Of a stretch of 64,000 bases of DNA, positions 1 through 10,394 are shown in pieces. The DNA is from Bacilli bacterium (GTDB lineage: Bacteria; Bacillota_I; Bacilli_A; ML615J-28; CAG-698). Numbering within the stretch: position 1 is the first letter of the stretch; every line of letters starts with the position of its first letter. The translations under genes were made by a program, and so were the position numbers. The DNA lies in NCBI GenBank assembly GCA_017962745.1, contig JAGCUR010000018.1, positions 127,088-191,087 on the forward strand. Direction: 5' to 3'. The notes under the pieces were generated by a model, which searched no databases, had not been told where the DNA came from, and saw only the letters and a program-made list of their open reading frames with translations.

Positions 1-1017
1 ATCTTAGCTAAGCTAGAAGAAGTTGTAAAGATTGGAGCTAGTTATGATGAGGCTGTAATCAATGCAAGAGCTAGCATTGAGTTTGCGGAATTTTCAAAAA
101 TGTATTTATCAAAAGACCGTGACCTAGAACAGTTCTATACTTGGATTAATCCACGTACATTTGTTTTAGTTGGTAAAGATGATAATGTTAAATACGCATA
201 TGATGGTTTTGGTACTAATGATACTGATTATGCATTTAGTCATTTAAAAGAATCTATTAAAGAAGTTGCAAAACTAGCTCTAGAGTTATGTAGTGCTACA
301 ATGCCAACACCAGGTAAATATACAATCATTACTGATCCATCAATTACCGGCTTAATTGCTCATGAAGCATTTGGCCATGGAACAGAAATGGACCAATTCG
401 TTAAAGATAGAGCGATGGGCGCTGAATTTGTTGGTAAAAGAGTAGCAAGTAAACATGTAACAATGCATGATGGGGCAAAAGCTTGTGTATCTAGTGCATC
501 ATATTTCTTTGATGATGAAGGAACACTAGCTCAAGATACCGTAATCATTAGAAAAGGTATTTTAGAAAAAGGTATTTGTGATGCCGTATCAGCTTCAATT
601 TTAGGTGTTAAGCCAACAGGCAATGGCCGTCGTGAATCATATAAACATAAAGCTTATACAAGAATGACTAATACATTCTTTGATAAGAAGGATAAAACAT
701 TAGAAGAAATGATTGCAAGTGTAGAATATGGATACTATATCGCAATTACTAATAACGGTATGGAAGACCCTAAAAACTGGGGTATCCAATGTACTGCTCT
801 ATACGGTAGAGAAATCGTTAATGGTAAATTTAGCGGTAAGATTGTATCACCAGTTGTTATGAGTGGTTATGTAATCGATCTACTTGAATCTATTTCAATG
901 GTTGCTAAAGATACATTTGATATTATTGGATCCGGATCTTGCGGAAAAGGATACAAGGAATGGGTTAGAGTATCTGATGGTGGCGCTAGCATTAAAGCGG
1001 AGGTTAAAATAGGATAA
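1..1017 (+). CDS. tldD: TldD-family metallopeptidase, 5'-truncated by the window edge. The reading frame is open from base 1; the listed Met at 100 is internal.
   Basis: HEAFGHG zinc-binding motif and TldD/PmbA family sequence. No stop in frame between 1 and 100. Followed immediately by a PmbA-like paralogue. Confidence 0.75.
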   Translation: MLAKLEEVVKIGASYDEAVINARASIEFAEFSKMYLSKDRDLEQFYTWINPRTFVLVGKDDNVKYAYDGFGTNDTDYAFSHLKESIKEVAKLALELCSATMPTPGKYTIITDPSITGLIAHEAFGHGTEMDQFVKDRAMGAEFVGKRVASKHVTMHDGAKACVSSASYFFDDEGTLAQDTVIIRKGILEKGICDAVSASILGVKPTGNGRRESYKHKAYTRMTNTFFDKKDKTLEEMIASVEYGYYIAITNNGMEDPKNWGIQCTALYGREIVNGKFSGKIVSPVVMSGYVIDLLESISMVAKDTFDIIGSGSCGKGYKEWVRVSDGGASIKAEVKIG

Positions 1018-1018
1018 T

Positions 1019-2281
1019 ATGTCAAGAATTAATAAAATAATTAAATCGCTTAAGGCTAAAAATGTTAGCGAATATCGTATCATCGAAACAATCGAAGATG
1101 ATTATCAACAATTCTATGATTTACAAAAATTAGAAACCGTAAGAAGAGTATCTACAACCGAAGAGCAAGTTACAATTTATGTAAAGACAGCTGAAGATGG
1201 TAAAACCCTAATGGGTGAAGCTAGTTTTATTGTTAGCCATGAAGAATCAAAAGCTAACTTAGAAAAACTAATCGATCAAGCAATTTATGAAGCAAGCTTC
1301 ATTAAAAACCAAGAATATAGCTTAGTAAATGGTGATAAAAAGAAGAGCATGGCTTATAAGCCACTAGCAGAAGATCCATTCACAATCCTTACAAAGCTAG
1401 CTAAGATTTTCTTTAAAGAATCTAATGAAGTAGCTCGTTTTAATGCGTTAGAGTTATTCTTTAATGATGTGACTACCCATATTGTTAACTCAAATGGTGT
1501 TGATTACAAAAAGAGAACTTATGAAATTAATATTGAAGCTATTCCATCATTCTATGGTGAAGGTATAAAGACAGAACTTTACCGTATGTTTGAATATAAC
1601 GAACTAAATTACGATAAAGCTGCAAGTGATGCTAAAGAAGCAATTCTAGATGTTTATAACCGTGGTAAAGCTGTTAAGCTAGAAGGCGTAAACAAAGCAA
1701 ATATCATTTTACGCGATAAAGATTTATTCCAACTAGCATTTGAAGTAATCGATAGCTTACATTATGCTAGCGTTTATAACCATTCTAATCTTAAAAAAGT
1801 TGGTGAAGCACTAACTTCTAATAAGATTAATATTGGTCTAGATGCTAATACTAAATATGATTATTTTGATAATGATGGAGTTAGACTATCTAAATGCAGC
1901 GTAATTGAAGATGGTATCGTTAAATCATATTATGGTAATAACCGTTATGCTTGCTATATCGGCGAAAAACCTACTGGTAATTTAAATAAATTAACATTAT
2001 CAAAAGGTAAAAAGTCGGTAGAAGCATTTAAAACAAAACCATATTTAGAAATATACGATATGTCAGGCATTCAAGTAGATGCTTACCAAAACTACTTAGG
2101 TGGTGAAGTAAGATTAGCTTTATATTTTGATGGTAAAGATATTATTCCAGTTAGCGGCTTCTCATTTAGCGCTAACTTACAAGAAGCCATTGATAATATG
2201 TCTTTAAGTAAAGAAGTATCAAATATCAATAATTATAGCGGAGCAAAATTTGCTTTGATTAAAGATGTAGCAATTAACTAA
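1019..2281 (+). CDS. pmbA: TldD/PmbA-family protein (PmbA/TldE-like partner)
   Basis: 420 aa. Starts 1 nt after the tldD stop, as in the usual tldD-pmbA pair. C-terminal GxS..FS motifs typical of the family. Confidence 0.7.
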   Translation: MSRINKIIKSLKAKNVSEYRIIETIEDDYQQFYDLQKLETVRRVSTTEEQVTIYVKTAEDGKTLMGEASFIVSHEESKANLEKLIDQAIYEASFIKNQEYSLVNGDKKKSMAYKPLAEDPFTILTKLAKIFFKESNEVARFNALELFFNDVTTHIVNSNGVDYKKRTYEINIEAIPSFYGEGIKTELYRMFEYNELNYDKAASDAKEAILDVYNRGKAVKLEGVNKANIILRDKDLFQLAFEVIDSLHYASVYNHSNLKKVGEALTSNKINIGLDANTKYDYFDNDGVRLSKCSVIEDGIVKSYYGNNRYACYIGEKPTGNLNKLTLSKGKKSVEAFKTKPYLEIYDMSGIQVDAYQNYLGGEVRLALYFDGKDIIPVSGFSFSANLQEAIDNMSLSKEVSNINNYSGAKFALIKDVAIN

Positions 2282-2295
2282 AAACGGGAGAAGAA

Positions 2296-3576
2296 ATGAA
2301 AAAATTATTTAAAATATTAGGTATTATAATCGGATCAATCGTGATGATATTTTTAGTGTTAGCAATGTTAAATGTAATTTCTAGCTTAACACTTAAAAAT
2401 TACATTCGTACTTTTGATAAAGTAGAATATGCTAACCAATTAGTACCAGTAGTTGATGATGATGGTCATTATACATTTACTACTGATGGTGATTTTAGAA
2501 TTATGCAATTAAATGATTTGCATATTGCTGGAGGTCACTATTCACTTAAAAAAGATAAGAAAACAATCTATGAAGTAATGACTATGGTGCAAATTGAAAA
2601 ACCAGATTTAGTAATTCTAAATGGTGATAGTGTATTCTGTGTACCAGGACCACTTTTTGGTGGAGGTAGTAGTTTTAATAACAAAATGGCATCACGTAGA
2701 GTCCTAGATATTTTTGAAAAGCTAGGTGTATATTTTACTGTTGCCTTTGGTAATCACGATACAGAAGCATTTGATTATTATAACCGTGCCCAAATCGGTA
2801 AACTATATATGAAAGATAGATACCAATATTGTATATTCCAATCTGAATTTGATGGATATGGTGTTACTAACCAGTGTATTAAACTAGAAGATAGCGCTGG
2901 TAACTTAAGAAAAGCAATTATGGTATTTGATTCTAATGATTATATCGATACATCGCTAAAAGCATCAATGAACTGGTGGTATGATGTAATCCATGATGAA
3001 CAAGTACAGTGGGCAAAAGAAACTCTTCTTAGTTTAGGAGATGGCGTTAACCCTGCTAAATCATTATTCTTTTTCCATATCCCAACAGGTGAATTCGAAC
3101 AAGCATACCGTAACCTAGCTGCTAATAACTTCAACGATACAGCTGATACTAAATATATTAGCGGTGTATGGGATGAATTAGTTGACCCAGAAATGGGTGG
3201 AAGGATTTGGTATGGCGGCTGCCAAAAGAAAGATGTAGCGCCTAATGATAACGATAATTTATTTGAAGAATTAGGCCCAAGCGGTATTAATTCACTTGAA
3301 GCTATCTTTGTAGGTCATGACCACGTTAATAATGCGGTTGTGGAATACAAAGGAGTAATCCTTGCTTATGGTATGTCACTAGATAATACAGCATACAAAG
3401 ATATTAACTTATCAGGCCGCCAAAGAGGTGCCATGATTGTAACAGTTAAAAATGATAATACATTTACAATTGATCACAAAAATGCATATCTTGATTATGG
3501 CGTTGATGCTAATAAGTTTTATAATGTTTATTTAGATAAATATTTATATCCAGATTACGTTCCAACTAACAGGTAA
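2296..3576 (+). CDS. Membrane-anchored calcineurin-like metallophosphoesterase
   Basis: N-terminal TM helix. The GNHD/GNHE and VGHDH motifs of the metallophosphatase fold are present. Confidence 0.7.
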   Translation: MKKLFKILGIIIGSIVMIFLVLAMLNVISSLTLKNYIRTFDKVEYANQLVPVVDDDGHYTFTTDGDFRIMQLNDLHIAGGHYSLKKDKKTIYEVMTMVQIEKPDLVILNGDSVFCVPGPLFGGGSSFNNKMASRRVLDIFEKLGVYFTVAFGNHDTEAFDYYNRAQIGKLYMKDRYQYCIFQSEFDGYGVTNQCIKLEDSAGNLRKAIMVFDSNDYIDTSLKASMNWWYDVIHDEQVQWAKETLLSLGDGVNPAKSLFFFHIPTGEFEQAYRNLAANNFNDTADTKYISGVWDELVDPEMGGRIWYGGCQKKDVAPNDNDNLFEELGPSGINSLEAIFVGHDHVNNAVVEYKGVILAYGMSLDNTAYKDINLSGRQRGAMIVTVKNDNTFTIDHKNAYLDYGVDANKFYNVYLDKYLYPDYVPTNR

Positions 3577-3580
3577 TAAT

Positions 3581-6022
3581 ATGAAACAAATAATTTATGC
3601 ATCTAGCACTAAAGATATTAAAGAGCTAGAATTAGATAACCGAAAATTAGCGCTAGAGTGCGCAAAAGAAGCCATCGTTTTATTAAAAAATGATGGCATT
3701 TTGCCATTAAAGGATCAAAAAATTGCTTTGTTTGGAAGTGGTGCCAAAAAGACTATTAAAGGTGGCACCGGATCTGGTGAAGTAAATGAAAGATATAGTG
3801 TATCAATTTATAGTGGTTTACTAAATAAAGGCTTTATCATTACATCAAACAAATGGCTTGATGATTATGATTTAGAATATAGCGATGAACTAGCTATCTT
3901 CAATCATATGAAGATGAATCCATTCACGATCTTTAATGATGCAATCGGCCAGTTTTCATATCCATTTGGTAGAGAAATCAATGATACTGATATCGATGGT
4001 GAAACGGAAACTGCCATTTATGTAGCTAGCCGTCAAGCCGGTGAAGGTAAAGATAAAAGATTAGATAATGGTGATTATAATTTAGTTGATATTGAAATTA
4101 AGAATTTAGAATTCTTAAAGAAAAACTATAAATCAGTAATTCTTGTTATCAATTCAGGCTCAGGAATGGATTTATCGAATATTGAACACCTAGATTTAAA
4201 TGCCATTTTATATGTTAATGGTTTAGGTGAAGAAGGTGGAAATGCTTTTGCTAGCATTATTAAAGGGGAAGCATCGCCTTCTGGCCATTTATCATCTAGT
4301 TGGCCATTAAGTTATAAAGATATTCCAAACGGGGATGAATATAGTTATTTAGGTGATTTAGCTAAAGAAGAATATAAAGAAGATATTTATGTCGGGTACC
4401 GTTACTTTGATACTTTTAAAGTAAAAACTAGATATTGCTTTGGATACGGCTTATCTTACTCAGAATTTGAATGTAAATATCTTAACTTTAAAGTCGAAGG
4501 TGAGACAATCAGTTATGATTGCATGGTTAAGAATTTAGGACCATGTAAAGCTAAATACTTAGAGCAGTGCTATATCTCAATGCCAAATGGCAAACTTAAA
4601 AAAGAATATCGCCGACTCGTTGCTTTTAAAAAGACTAAAGAATTAGAAGTAGGCGAGCAAGACACTCTTCATTTAAGTTTTAATATTAAAGATGCAGCTT
4701 CATTTGACACATCTAAAGCAAGTTACATTTTGGAAAAAGGCTTATATTTAATTTGGAGCGGTAAAGATATCGATAACTCTAAGATAATTTATGGGGCTAA
4801 CTTAGATAAAACATATTATCCATATAAGTTAGCTAATCTAGTTAAACTAGAAGAAGATATTAAACTTTTAGAGCCAGAATTTAATAATGAATATAATATT
4901 CCTAGTAACCTAGAAATATTGAATATCAGTGGCGTAGAAGAAATTGAAGTAAGCTATGATTTACCAAAATATAAATTTAGTGAAGAAGTTAATAGATTAT
5001 TAGAAAAATTAACTACGAACGAAAAGATTGATTTATGTGTTGGTATGGGAATTAAAGGTATGATGGATTCAGCTGGTATTTATACCCCAGGTGCTGTTGG
5101 TAAAACAACAACTAGCCTATTTGATAAAGGTATTATTAATCTTAATCTATGCGATGGACCAGCGGGCTTGCGTATTTTAAGAGAATCAGCTTTAAATAAA
5201 AGACATAAATTAAAGATGGTTAAAGGAAACTGGCCAACTGGTATTATGGAAAGATTACCTGACTTTCTAGTTAAACCATTCTTAGCTAAAGAAAAAGATA
5301 ACCACTTATACCAATTTACAACGGCATTTCCGGTAGGAACTAGCCTTGCGCAAACATTTAATGAAGAGCTTTGCTGTGAAGTAGGTTATGCGATTTCTAA
5401 AGAGATGGCTGAATATGGCATTACTTACTTTTTAGGACCAGCTTTAAATATTCATCGTAATCCGCTGTGCGGAAGAAACTTTGAATATTATTCTGAAGAC
5501 CCAGTCTTAAGTGGCAAGATTGCAAGGTGCATAGTAGAAGGCATTACAAAAATTGAAGGTAACTATGCTACCATCAAGCATTTTGCTTGCAATAACGCCG
5601 AAGACAATCGTCAACATTCTAATAGTATAGTTTCAGAAAGAGCTTTAAGAGAAATATACTTAAAAGGATTTGAGATTTGTGTTAAAGGATCTAGGGTAGA
5701 TGCTTTAATGTCAAGCTATAATATTATAAATGGCGCTTATGCTGGTAATAGATATGATCTGAACCAACAAATCTTAAGATGCGAATGGGGCTATAGTGGA
5801 CTAGTTATGACTGACTGGTTTGAAACAGGAGGCGATAGGGCTAACGATGCAACTGCAATTGCAAGTGGCGTTGATCTAATCATGCCTGGTGCCAAAAGCG
5901 CTAAGAAGATGATTAAAAAAGGTCTAAAGAATGGTATGGTTAGTATTAATGATTTAAATAGGGCAGCAAGCTTAATCATTAAACAAATGTTAGAGTCTTT
6001 AGTTTATAAAAATATGGAGTAA
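3581..6022 (+). CDS. Glycoside hydrolase family 3 beta-glucosidase-like enzyme with permuted domain order
   Basis: The GEGKDKR...L motif of the GH3 C-terminal sandwich domain sits near aa 150. The KHF...GYSGLVMTDW nucleophile motif of the GH3 barrel is near the C-terminus. Confidence 0.75.
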   Translation: MKQIIYASSTKDIKELELDNRKLALECAKEAIVLLKNDGILPLKDQKIALFGSGAKKTIKGGTGSGEVNERYSVSIYSGLLNKGFIITSNKWLDDYDLEYSDELAIFNHMKMNPFTIFNDAIGQFSYPFGREINDTDIDGETETAIYVASRQAGEGKDKRLDNGDYNLVDIEIKNLEFLKKNYKSVILVINSGSGMDLSNIEHLDLNAILYVNGLGEEGGNAFASIIKGEASPSGHLSSSWPLSYKDIPNGDEYSYLGDLAKEEYKEDIYVGYRYFDTFKVKTRYCFGYGLSYSEFECKYLNFKVEGETISYDCMVKNLGPCKAKYLEQCYISMPNGKLKKEYRRLVAFKKTKELEVGEQDTLHLSFNIKDAASFDTSKASYILEKGLYLIWSGKDIDNSKIIYGANLDKTYYPYKLANLVKLEEDIKLLEPEFNNEYNIPSNLEILNISGVEEIEVSYDLPKYKFSEEVNRLLEKLTTNEKIDLCVGMGIKGMMDSAGIYTPGAVGKTTTSLFDKGIINLNLCDGPAGLRILRESALNKRHKLKMVKGNWPTGIMERLPDFLVKPFLAKEKDNHLYQFTTAFPVGTSLAQTFNEELCCEVGYAISKEMAEYGITYFLGPALNIHRNPLCGRNFEYYSEDPVLSGKIARCIVEGITKIEGNYATIKHFACNNAEDNRQHSNSIVSERALREIYLKGFEICVKGSRVDALMSSYNIINGAYAGNRYDLNQQILRCEWGYSGLVMTDWFETGGDRANDATAIASGVDLIMPGAKSAKKMIKKGLKNGMVSINDLNRAASLIIKQMLESLVYKNME

Positions 6023-6026
6023 TAAA

Positions 6027-6452
6027 ATGATTGAAAAGATAAAAGCAATAATTGATGATAAAATTCCACTAGTATCAAACTTATCAAATGTCAGCGCTAT
6101 TTTAAATGAAATGGAAGATATCAATTGGTGTGGTTTTTATTTAGCTAAAGATGAAACTTTATATTTAGGACCATTTCAAGGTGAAGTAGCCTGCACCACT
6201 ATTCCGTTTGGTAAAGGAGTGTGCGGCACGGCAGCCCAAACTAAAAAAACGCTAATCGTAGATAACGTATTAGAGTTTAAAGGTCATATCGCATGTTCGT
6301 CTAAATCGAGATCAGAAATTGTAACTCCAATCATTAAAGGAGACACAGTAGTTGGTGTAATTGATATTGATTCACCATCATTTTCTAGATTTAATAAAGA
6401 TGACCAAGATTTATTAGAAGAAGTAGCTAGAAAGTTAGCCATATTATTTTAA
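6027..6452 (+). CDS. GAF-domain protein, free methionine-(R)-sulfoxide reductase-like
   Basis: 141 aa single GAF domain with the conserved GKGVCG and Cys residues of the fRMsr/YebR family. Confidence 0.6.
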   Translation: MIEKIKAIIDDKIPLVSNLSNVSAILNEMEDINWCGFYLAKDETLYLGPFQGEVACTTIPFGKGVCGTAAQTKKTLIVDNVLEFKGHIACSSKSRSEIVTPIIKGDTVVGVIDIDSPSFSRFNKDDQDLLEEVARKLAILF

Positions 6453-6456
6453 AAAA

Positions 6457-6484
6457 GAAAGCTTCATTATGAAGCTTTCTTTTG
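6457..6484. terminator. Bidirectional rho-independent terminator between convergent genes
   Basis: Perfect hairpin gaaagcttca-tt-tgaagctttc flanked by A-run upstream and T-run downstream. Confidence 0.65.
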
Positions 6485-7252
6485 ATTTAAATATTTAATT
6501 AAATAAAATACGGAATAGAATATCGCACCATATACTACAAATGCTAATACAACTGTTATTGGATATAATATTTTATTACCATTAACCATATTATAGAATA
6601 TTACGTATGGTGTACCATCATGGTTGCGTAAGAACATATAATTGTAATCAATTATTTTATTAACTATCATGGCTAATAAAATAAATGTCATTAAGATACT
6701 TGCCACAATCCAAATGTTTTCTTTCTTTAAAGTAAGCATACCAGCTAATATGATGTATAAACCAGCAAAAGCGGAAATACAATGCGTTGTAGCACTAACC
6801 ATATTATCAAAAGCAAGTACTGGATAAGCATTATAGTTTTGGGCTGCACCGATTGTGCCCGCGATACCACCTAAAATACCAAATAAAGTAACAAAATCCA
6901 TCGCTGCTTCTTTAACTTTACCTTTAGTAAAAGCCGCAACTGGGATTGTAATTAACTGGATGCTACATAAAAACAAAGGTAAACTAGTTTTTAAACTTGC
7001 GATGCTATGCGCACGAGTGGCAAAGATAATTAGTTTGAAAATTTCAAAACCATCAATTAAAATAGCCGCCCAGATTAATACTTTGTTTTTAGTGGCATCA
7101 TCTTTGCTTCTGTTTCTTAAGCCTAAGAAAACGGCTAGGCCAATCATGATCGAAATCATAATCCCTGTATATAACAAGTGTTGCCAAGAATAAGCTCCTT
7201 CTGGAGTTCTAGTGTAGCCACCATAACCAAAAAATTCTTTTAAAACATTCAT
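6467..7252 (-). CDS. Integral membrane protein (YwaF-like), only minus-strand housekeeping-type gene in this block
   Basis: 261 aa with about 7 predicted TM helices. Convergent with the GAF gene and sharing a bidirectional hairpin terminator. Confidence 0.5.
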   Translation of the reverse strand: MNVLKEFFGYGGYTRTPEGAYSWQHLLYTGIMISIMIGLAVFLGLRNRSKDDATKNKVLIWAAILIDGFEIFKLIIFATRAHSIASLKTSLPLFLCSIQLITIPVAAFTKGKVKEAAMDFVTLFGILGGIAGTIGAAQNYNAYPVLAFDNMVSATTHCISAFAGLYIILAGMLTLKKENIWIVASILMTFILLAMIVNKIIDYNYMFLRNHDGTPYVIFYNMVNGNKILYPITVVLAFVVYGAIFYSVFYLIKYLNQKKAS

Positions 7253-7503
7253 TTTTATACCTCATTTAACAAACTATCAAGATTATACCATATATTAATT
7301 CTTTTGTCATTTTTATGCTTTGAAAGGCTCAATTGTAGCCTTAAATGAGGCTAAAATTAAGCCATAAATCTATTTGTCTACCTAGCGCGAATAATTAATG
7401 GGGTTTGAATAAAACCTATTTAATTAAATATTTCTTAAATGGTAAAAGTGGCATTGAGAATGAAATTTATTTATGTTATAATCGATTTTAGATAGAGGAT
7501 ATT

Positions 7504-8325
7504 ATGGGAAAATTATATTTAATACCAACACCGATTGGTAACTTAGATGATATGAATCTAAGGGCTTTAGAAGTCTTAAAAGAAGTAGATCATATTTATT
7601 GTGAAGATACAAGAAACACGAGGATCTTACTTAGTTATTATGATATTCATAAAGTTTTGAAGAGTTATCATATGTTTAATGAAGATAAAAAGAGCCAAGA
7701 GATTATAAAAGAATTAAAAGAAGGCTTAAATATAGCTCTTGTTAGCGATGCAGGATATCCTGGAATATCTGATCCTGGTTACTTAGTAGCTAAAAGAGCA
7801 ATTGAGGAAGGCTTGGAAGTTACTACGATTCCAGGGCCTACGGCAAGCCTTACTGCCCTAGTTACAAGTGGGATACCTTGTGATAAGTTTTATTTTTATG
7901 GCTTTTTAAATCATGATCTAAAGCAAAAGAAAAAAGAATTAGAAGAACTAGTTGATTTTAAAAATACGCTGATCTTTTATGAATCACCACACCGAATTGA
8001 GGAAACTTTAGAAGTATTACTTGAAATCTTTGGTAATAGATATATGTGTATAGCTAAAGACTTAACGAAAAAGTATGAAAAATACATTAGAGGTAATATA
8101 GCTGATATTATCGATATGCACTTAGAACTTAAAGGTGAGATGGTTTTAATTATAGAAGGGGCTAAAATAGATACAATTACTAATAATCTAAATAATTTAG
8201 ATATTGTAGATCATTATAAATATTATTTAGATCAAGGAATTGAATCAAAATTAGCGATGAAAAAAGTAGCAAGTGATAGAAACATTTCTAAAAGTGATGT
8301 ATATAGAGAAGTAATAAATAAATAG
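7504..8325 (+). CDS. rsmI: 16S rRNA (cytidine1402-2'-O)-methyltransferase
   Basis: N-terminal GKLYLIPTPIGNLDDM tetrapyrrole-methylase motif typical of RsmI. Good RBS, and an extended -10 (tgttataat) 20 bp upstream. Confidence 0.85.
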   Translation: MGKLYLIPTPIGNLDDMNLRALEVLKEVDHIYCEDTRNTRILLSYYDIHKVLKSYHMFNEDKKSQEIIKELKEGLNIALVSDAGYPGISDPGYLVAKRAIEEGLEVTTIPGPTASLTALVTSGIPCDKFYFYGFLNHDLKQKKKELEELVDFKNTLIFYESPHRIEETLEVLLEIFGNRYMCIAKDLTKKYEKYIRGNIADIIDMHLELKGEMVLIIEGAKIDTITNNLNNLDIVDHYKYYLDQGIESKLAMKKVASDRNISKSDVYREVINK

Positions 8326-8336
8326 GAGGATAAATT

Positions 8337-9269
8337 ATGTTATTTTTAGCTGATGAATTAGAAGGTGAAGTTGTAGAAGAGACTGTGGCAAGTGGTTATC
8401 AACTTAATGCCATTGATGAAATTTTTAATTTCGGCTTTATCCAACAAATTGAATCGCGAGGACTTCAAATCTTTTTAATCAAAGCGATGGAAGTTGTAGC
8501 GGTTTTAATCATTTTATTCATTTTATGTAAGATTGTCGACATCATTACTAAAACGATTAAAAGAAGAATGGAAAAGAAAGGCCGCGATAAAACAGTTACA
8601 AAGACTGTTTACCATTTAACTAATAAAGGTATTAAGATCTTATTAATCTTAGTAGCTGTAGGATGCTTAGGTATTGATACTACTAGTATTGTCGGTTTAT
8701 TTACGGCAGCTGGACTAGGTATAGGACTTGCTGTCCAAGGTGCTTTATCTAATTTTGCGGGTGGATTCTTAATTTTAATCATGAGACCATTTAGAGTTGA
8801 TGATTTTATTGAATGTCAAGGCGTAATGGGTAGAGTAGATGATATTCACCTATTCTATACAATGTTAGTAACTGTTGATAATAAAGAAATCATGATTCCA
8901 AATGGCGCTTTAATTGGCGGCAATGTAATTAACTATTCTAAGTTACCTACTAGAAGAGTAGATATCGACTTTTCAGTTGATTACAAAGCTGACTTTATGA
9001 AAGCTGAAGAAATCATTAAAGAAGTGGCTTCTAAACACGAACTTGTATTAAAAGATCCAGCTCCATTTGCACGTGTTACTGAATGGGGTGAATCACAATT
9101 AAAGGTTACTTGTAGAGTTTGGGTTAAAGGTGATGATTATTGGGGTGTTAGATTTGATCTAATCGAACAAGTTTATGCCGCATTTAAAGAAAATGGTATT
9201 AAAGTTCCATTTAAACAACTTGAAATTTCTTACCGTGAAGCATTAGCAGCTGAAAAAGCAGGTAAGTAA
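8337..9269 (+). CDS. Small-conductance mechanosensitive channel (MscS family)
   Basis: TM helices followed by the MscS beta-domain region (GxxxxIPN...V.NxS). Strong RBS aggagg. Confidence 0.8.
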   Translation: MLFLADELEGEVVEETVASGYQLNAIDEIFNFGFIQQIESRGLQIFLIKAMEVVAVLIILFILCKIVDIITKTIKRRMEKKGRDKTVTKTVYHLTNKGIKILLILVAVGCLGIDTTSIVGLFTAAGLGIGLAVQGALSNFAGGFLILIMRPFRVDDFIECQGVMGRVDDIHLFYTMLVTVDNKEIMIPNGALIGGNVINYSKLPTRRVDIDFSVDYKADFMKAEEIIKEVASKHELVLKDPAPFARVTEWGESQLKVTCRVWVKGDDYWGVRFDLIEQVYAAFKENGIKVPFKQLEISYREALAAEKAGK

Positions 9270-9285
9270 ATAATTATCATATAAA

Positions 9286-9314
9286 TTGAATTTGTAAATT
9301 TGTTAATGTATAAT
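9286..9314 (+). promoter_or_regulatory. Sigma-70-type promoter of fba
   Basis: TTGAAT -35, 17-nt spacer, extended -10 TGtTATAAT. Lies 45 bp upstream of the fba start. Confidence 0.5.
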
Positions 9315-9356
9315 GAAATAGTAGTGAATATTAATGAAGAAAAGAGGTAAATGATT

Positions 9357-10340
9357 ATGCCATTAGTAAACACAAAAGAAATGTTTGAAAAAGCTTATAA
9401 AGGCGGTTATGCCATTGGTGCATTCAATGTAAACAATATGGAAATCGTTCAAGCTATTACTGAAGCAGCAGGAAGCTTAAATGCCCCAGTAATTTTACAA
9501 GTATCAAGTGGAGCTAGAAAATATGCTAACTCTCGTTATTTAATTCATATGGTTAAGGCAGCTTGCGAAAACTTCCCTGACCTACCAATCGCTTTACACT
9601 TAGACCACGGCGATAGTTTTGAATTATGTAAAGCTTGTATTGATGATGGATTTACTTCAGTAATGATTGACTATTCTGGTCATCCATATGAAGAAAATGT
9701 GGAAGTAACTAAGAAAGTTTGTGAATACGCACATGACGTTAAAGCACGTGGACGCTATATTACAGTTGAAGCAGAACTAGGAACTCTAGCAGGGGTTGAA
9801 GATGATGTAAAAGTTGAATTTGGTAAATCAAGTTATACAGATCCTGAACAAGTTCAAGATTTCGTAACTAGAACTGGTGTAGATAGCTTAGCTATCGCCA
9901 TTGGAACTAGCCATGGTGCTTATAAATTCAAAGCTGAACAATGCACAAGAAATAAAGATGGTATCTTAGTACCGCCTGCACTAAGACTTGATATCTTAGA
10001 AGAAGTATCTAGAAGATTACCTGGATTCCCAATCGTTTTACACGGTTCATCTAGCGTTCCTCAAGAATACGTTAAGATCATTAACGAACATGGTGGAAAG
10101 ATGCCAGATGCAATTGGTATTCCAGAAGACCAATTAAGAGAAGCAGCTAGACGTAGTGTATGTAAGATTAACATCGACTCAGACTTACGTTTAGGAATGA
10201 CAGCTGCTATTAGAAAACATTTCGATGAACATCCAGATCATTTCGACCCTCGTCAATACTTATCAGATGGTAGAAATTATGTTCGTGAAACTGTTAAACA
10301 TAAGATCGTAGCAGTACTTGGTTGCGATAACAAAGCATAA
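9357..10340 (+). CDS. fba: Class II fructose-bisphosphate aldolase
   Basis: The MPLVNTKEMFEKA... N-terminus and the LHLDHG, GTSHG and VLHGSSS zinc/catalytic motifs are present. Start moved to the second ATG, which has proper RBS spacing. Confidence 0.9.
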   Translation: MPLVNTKEMFEKAYKGGYAIGAFNVNNMEIVQAITEAAGSLNAPVILQVSSGARKYANSRYLIHMVKAACENFPDLPIALHLDHGDSFELCKACIDDGFTSVMIDYSGHPYEENVEVTKKVCEYAHDVKARGRYITVEAELGTLAGVEDDVKVEFGKSSYTDPEQVQDFVTRTGVDSLAIAIGTSHGAYKFKAEQCTRNKDGILVPPALRLDILEEVSRRLPGFPIVLHGSSSVPQEYVKIINEHGGKMPDAIGIPEDQLREAARRSVCKINIDSDLRLGMTAAIRKHFDEHPDHFDPRQYLSDGRNYVRETVKHKIVAVLGCDNKA

Positions 10341-10353
10341 TAGAAAATACAAT

Positions 10354-10388
10354 AAGACATTCTTCGGAATGTCTTATAGTTTTAGGAG
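10354..10388 (+). terminator. Rho-independent terminator after fba
   Basis: aagacattc-ttcg-gaatgtctt hairpin followed by a T-rich tail. Confidence 0.6.
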
Positions 10389-10394
10389 GAAGTT

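Noticed and set aside
895-1083. 62-aa minus-strand ORF overlapping the tldD/pmbA junction, and the similar short antisense ORFs at 2940-3134, 5791-5979, 6855-7193, 12798-12983, 14043-14288, 14340-14531, 17298-17576, 18677-18880, 19963-20175, 26092-26277, 26419-26625, 31411-31659, 36493-36842, 38192-38416, 40051-40287, 43107-43523, 48217-48540, 49024-49314, 51251-51445, 55585-55800, 56231-56497, 58722-59078, 59307-59549, 59976-60563, 60056-60253, 61200-61427 and 63529-63804
   Set aside because: All lie entirely inside or antisense to well-supported longer genes. They have low-complexity or hydrophobic translations typical of AT-rich antisense frames and carry no RBS. They are treated as spurious.
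7328-7400. Short hairpins (aggctcaattgtagcct, gaggctaaaattaagcc) in the rsmI upstream region as a possible small RNA
   Set aside because: The stems are short (4-6 bp) with no promoter or terminator context. This is more likely a remnant of the divergent promoter region.
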